From positions 140,589-204,588 of the forward strand of contig JAWLBL010000015.1 of NCBI GenBank assembly GCA_041687695.1: a DNA stretch of 64,000 nt, read 5' to 3'. The stretch comes from Myxococcota bacterium. Lineage in GTDB: Bacteria > Myxococcota_A > UBA9042 > PHBI01 > JAWLBL01. Shown in pieces: positions 62,113 to 64,000 of this stretch. The stretch's first letter is position 1; every line of letters starts with the position of its first letter. Under the pieces are notes generated by a model. That model was not told the DNA's origin, searched no databases, and saw nothing but the letters and a program-made list of their open reading frames with translations. Made by a program: the position numbers and the translations under genes.

Positions 62113-63453
62113 ATGTCCAGACCGCACCGCCTCGACCCCTCCCTGCCCCCCGCCACCCCTGGGCGCCTTCGCCGCCACCCGCTGACGTCTTCGGGAGCCG
62201 CCACCTCGGCGCGGGCGGGGCTCGTCGCCTTGCTCACCATCGTTGCCAGCCCCCAGAGTGCCGAGGCGGCCAACTGGCTGCTACAGCAGGGGACCGAGGA
62301 GGGCCGGCCCGACAAGCCCTTCTTGCCCTGGGGCTTCCTCCAGATCGTCGCCGAGGGCATCGTCGCCGAGCCCGTCGAGGGCCTCGAGGCCCCGGCCCTC
62401 CAGCCCTTCGAGGGCAGGTACGCCGCCTTCAACGTCCTGTCCGGCGACGACGGCCGCCTGTCGTTCTCGGTCCGCCGCGCCCGCATCGGCGCCCGCGGCG
62501 CCGTTCCCGGCACGGACCAGCGGGTGAGCTGGTTCGTGGCCCTCGAGGCCGGCGACAACGCCATGACCCTCGACGACCCGGTCATCATCACCGACGCCTC
62601 GGTCACCCTGTCCTCGCCTTGGGGACCGCGCCTGCGGCTTGGCCAGTTCAAGCTGCCGACCATGGACGAGACCCTGGAGGCCGTCCAGCTCACCAGCGAC
62701 ACCCTGAACTTCTCGCCCGTCGCCACTCGCCTCATGCTCGAGCGGCCCATCGAGGGCGACGCCTTCGTCGGGAACGCCTACGGCTTCCGCGACGTCGGCG
62801 CCCAGCTCTTCGACACCGTGCGCGCGGGCGATCTGGAGCTGACCTGGGCCGCCATGGTCTCCAACGGGCGGACGGGCAGCCTGAACGACGACAGCGGCCT
62901 CGACCTGACCGGCCGCCTCCAGCTCGCCTGGGTGCTCGACGAGCGCCGCCTCCACCCCGACCGCCAGGAGGTGGCCGTCTTCGCCTGGGGGCAGCGCGGC
63001 GAGCGCGAGGTCGCCGGTGACCAGGTCACCCGCCTGCGGGCCGGCGGCGGCGCCCACCTCCGCCTGGGACCCGGCCGCCTCCGCGCCGAGGCCGTCTGGG
63101 CCGATGGCGTCCTCTTCGGCGGCCCCAAGCCCCCCTTCCCGGGCCAACCCCTGGCGGTCGTCGCCGAGGGCGACGCCTGGGGCTACACCCTCCTCGGCGG
63201 CCTCCAGGTCCTCGGGCCCTTCGAAATCGACGCCGCGCTCAGCCAGGTCTTCCACCTGCCCGACGGCGGCCCCGACGAGCGCACCTTCCTGGAGGCCACC
63301 CTGGGGGCGCAGTGGTTCATCAGCCCCGAGGCCAAGCTCATGGCCGCCTTCACCTGGCGCGACATCGACGCCCCCCAGGCCGCCGGGGACGCCTCGACCA
63401 TCCTCGAGACCGTGGGGCCCCGCATGGGCCTGCAGGCTACCGTTCGCTTCTGA
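62113..63453 (+). CDS. Outer-membrane beta-barrel (porin-like)
   Basis: Signal ending AEA, then NWLLQQGTE, FSVRRARIGARG, LRLGQFK, FRDVG, amphipathic strands and C-terminal Phe. Confidence 0.75.
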   Translation: MSRPHRLDPSLPPATPGRLRRHPLTSSGAATSARAGLVALLTIVASPQSAEAANWLLQQGTEEGRPDKPFLPWGFLQIVAEGIVAEPVEGLEAPALQPFEGRYAAFNVLSGDDGRLSFSVRRARIGARGAVPGTDQRVSWFVALEAGDNAMTLDDPVIITDASVTLSSPWGPRLRLGQFKLPTMDETLEAVQLTSDTLNFSPVATRLMLERPIEGDAFVGNAYGFRDVGAQLFDTVRAGDLELTWAAMVSNGRTGSLNDDSGLDLTGRLQLAWVLDERRLHPDRQEVAVFAWGQRGEREVAGDQVTRLRAGGGAHLRLGPGRLRAEAVWADGVLFGGPKPPFPGQPLAVVAEGDAWGYTLLGGLQVLGPFEIDAALSQVFHLPDGGPDERTFLEATLGAQWFISPEAKLMAAFTWRDIDAPQAAGDASTILETVGPRMGLQATVRF

Positions 63454-63464
63454 GTTTGCTCGAG

Positions 63465-63860
63465 GAGGCAGGTGTCAGGGTTCATCACATTCCATTTTCC
63501 GCCACACGGAAAGTGAAAAGTGATGAACCCTGACACCTGAAGCTTGTCAAGCGAGATCGCGGTCCGCTCAGATAATACTAACGCCATTCATGCCCGCCTC
63601 GCCATCCGAGATGTTTGTAAGTTGGGACTTGACCCTGGGGTCTCGATTGGAGATGGCAGGCCCCCCCATCGGGACCGTCCCAGTCGGCCGGTCCGTCCAC
63701 CTCGCTCCCTTCGGCTCTGGCGCTACTGGCATGTAACGGGTAGCTACTCGCCGCCATCATCACGACCAGCAGCGCCGCCCGTACAAAGCTTGCTCTAGAC
63801 ATGCTTCCAACCTACACGAGGCAGGTGTCAGGGTTCATCACAGTCCATTTTCCGCCACAC
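63465..63860. repeat. Motif B hairpin, motif A copy and a second motif B arm
   Basis: 20-bp perfect inverted repeat 63469..63488 / 63520..63539. Motif A at 63617..63640. 63818..63860 repeats 63465..63507 (42/43). Confidence 0.88.
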
Positions 63861-64000
63861 CCAAAGTCCTCTCCGTCACTGCCGTGGCCGGGCCGAGCGT
63901 TGATAGAGTCCCAACCCGTGGTGTATGAGGCTCGGCCCGAGCGTCACCAGCCTGGCTGGGGGTGCGAGGGCCACCGGGTCCCTGTAGAAGGGGAAGTGTT

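Noticed and set aside
63544..63802. Small ORFs at the window end
   Set aside because: They overlap motifs A and B, have weak codon bias and no recognisable motif; a gene fragment cannot be excluded.

Overview
Very high-GC bacterial DNA, most consistent with a Myxococcota-like organism. That assignment is an inference from the giant Cys-rich lipoproteins, MYXO-CTERM-like sorting tails, a Uma2 protein and sigma54 promoters. Metabolic blocks: (i) fused PDH E1alpha/beta, E2, acyl carrier protein and ppsA; (ii) nnrS with a glutaredoxin/DsbD-like membrane protein; (iii) leuACDB preceded by an unannotated Leu-rich leader peptide with attenuator stems; (iv) persulfide dioxygenase, a group 3b [NiFe] (sulf)hydrogenase with an embedded cNMP-binding gene, and hypAFCDE (no hypB; HypA lacks Zn cysteines); (v) hsp20 and ahpD; (vi) xanthine dehydrogenase-family genes with XdhC, MocA and a guanine deaminase; (vii) a ferritin-like gene pair; (viii) tsdBA plus a porin. 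The most unusual layer is a HUH/RAYT-associated repeat landscape. It comprises one intact REP-associated tyrosine transposase with a REPIN-like array, a RAYT-like remnant, a second orphan palindromic array, and a dispersed co-oriented 25-55 bp motif (GTAAGTTGGGAC[T/C][T/C]GACCC[C]TGGG, 7 copies). That motif sits at the junction of a 340-bp nnrS duplication and brackets the tsdBA-porin block. There is also a 197-bp MITE-like element and an ORF that looks like two MYXO-CTERM surface proteins encoded as one polyprotein. No rRNA, tRNA or CRISPR array was recognised. All calls come from reading motifs by eye; no database searches were run.
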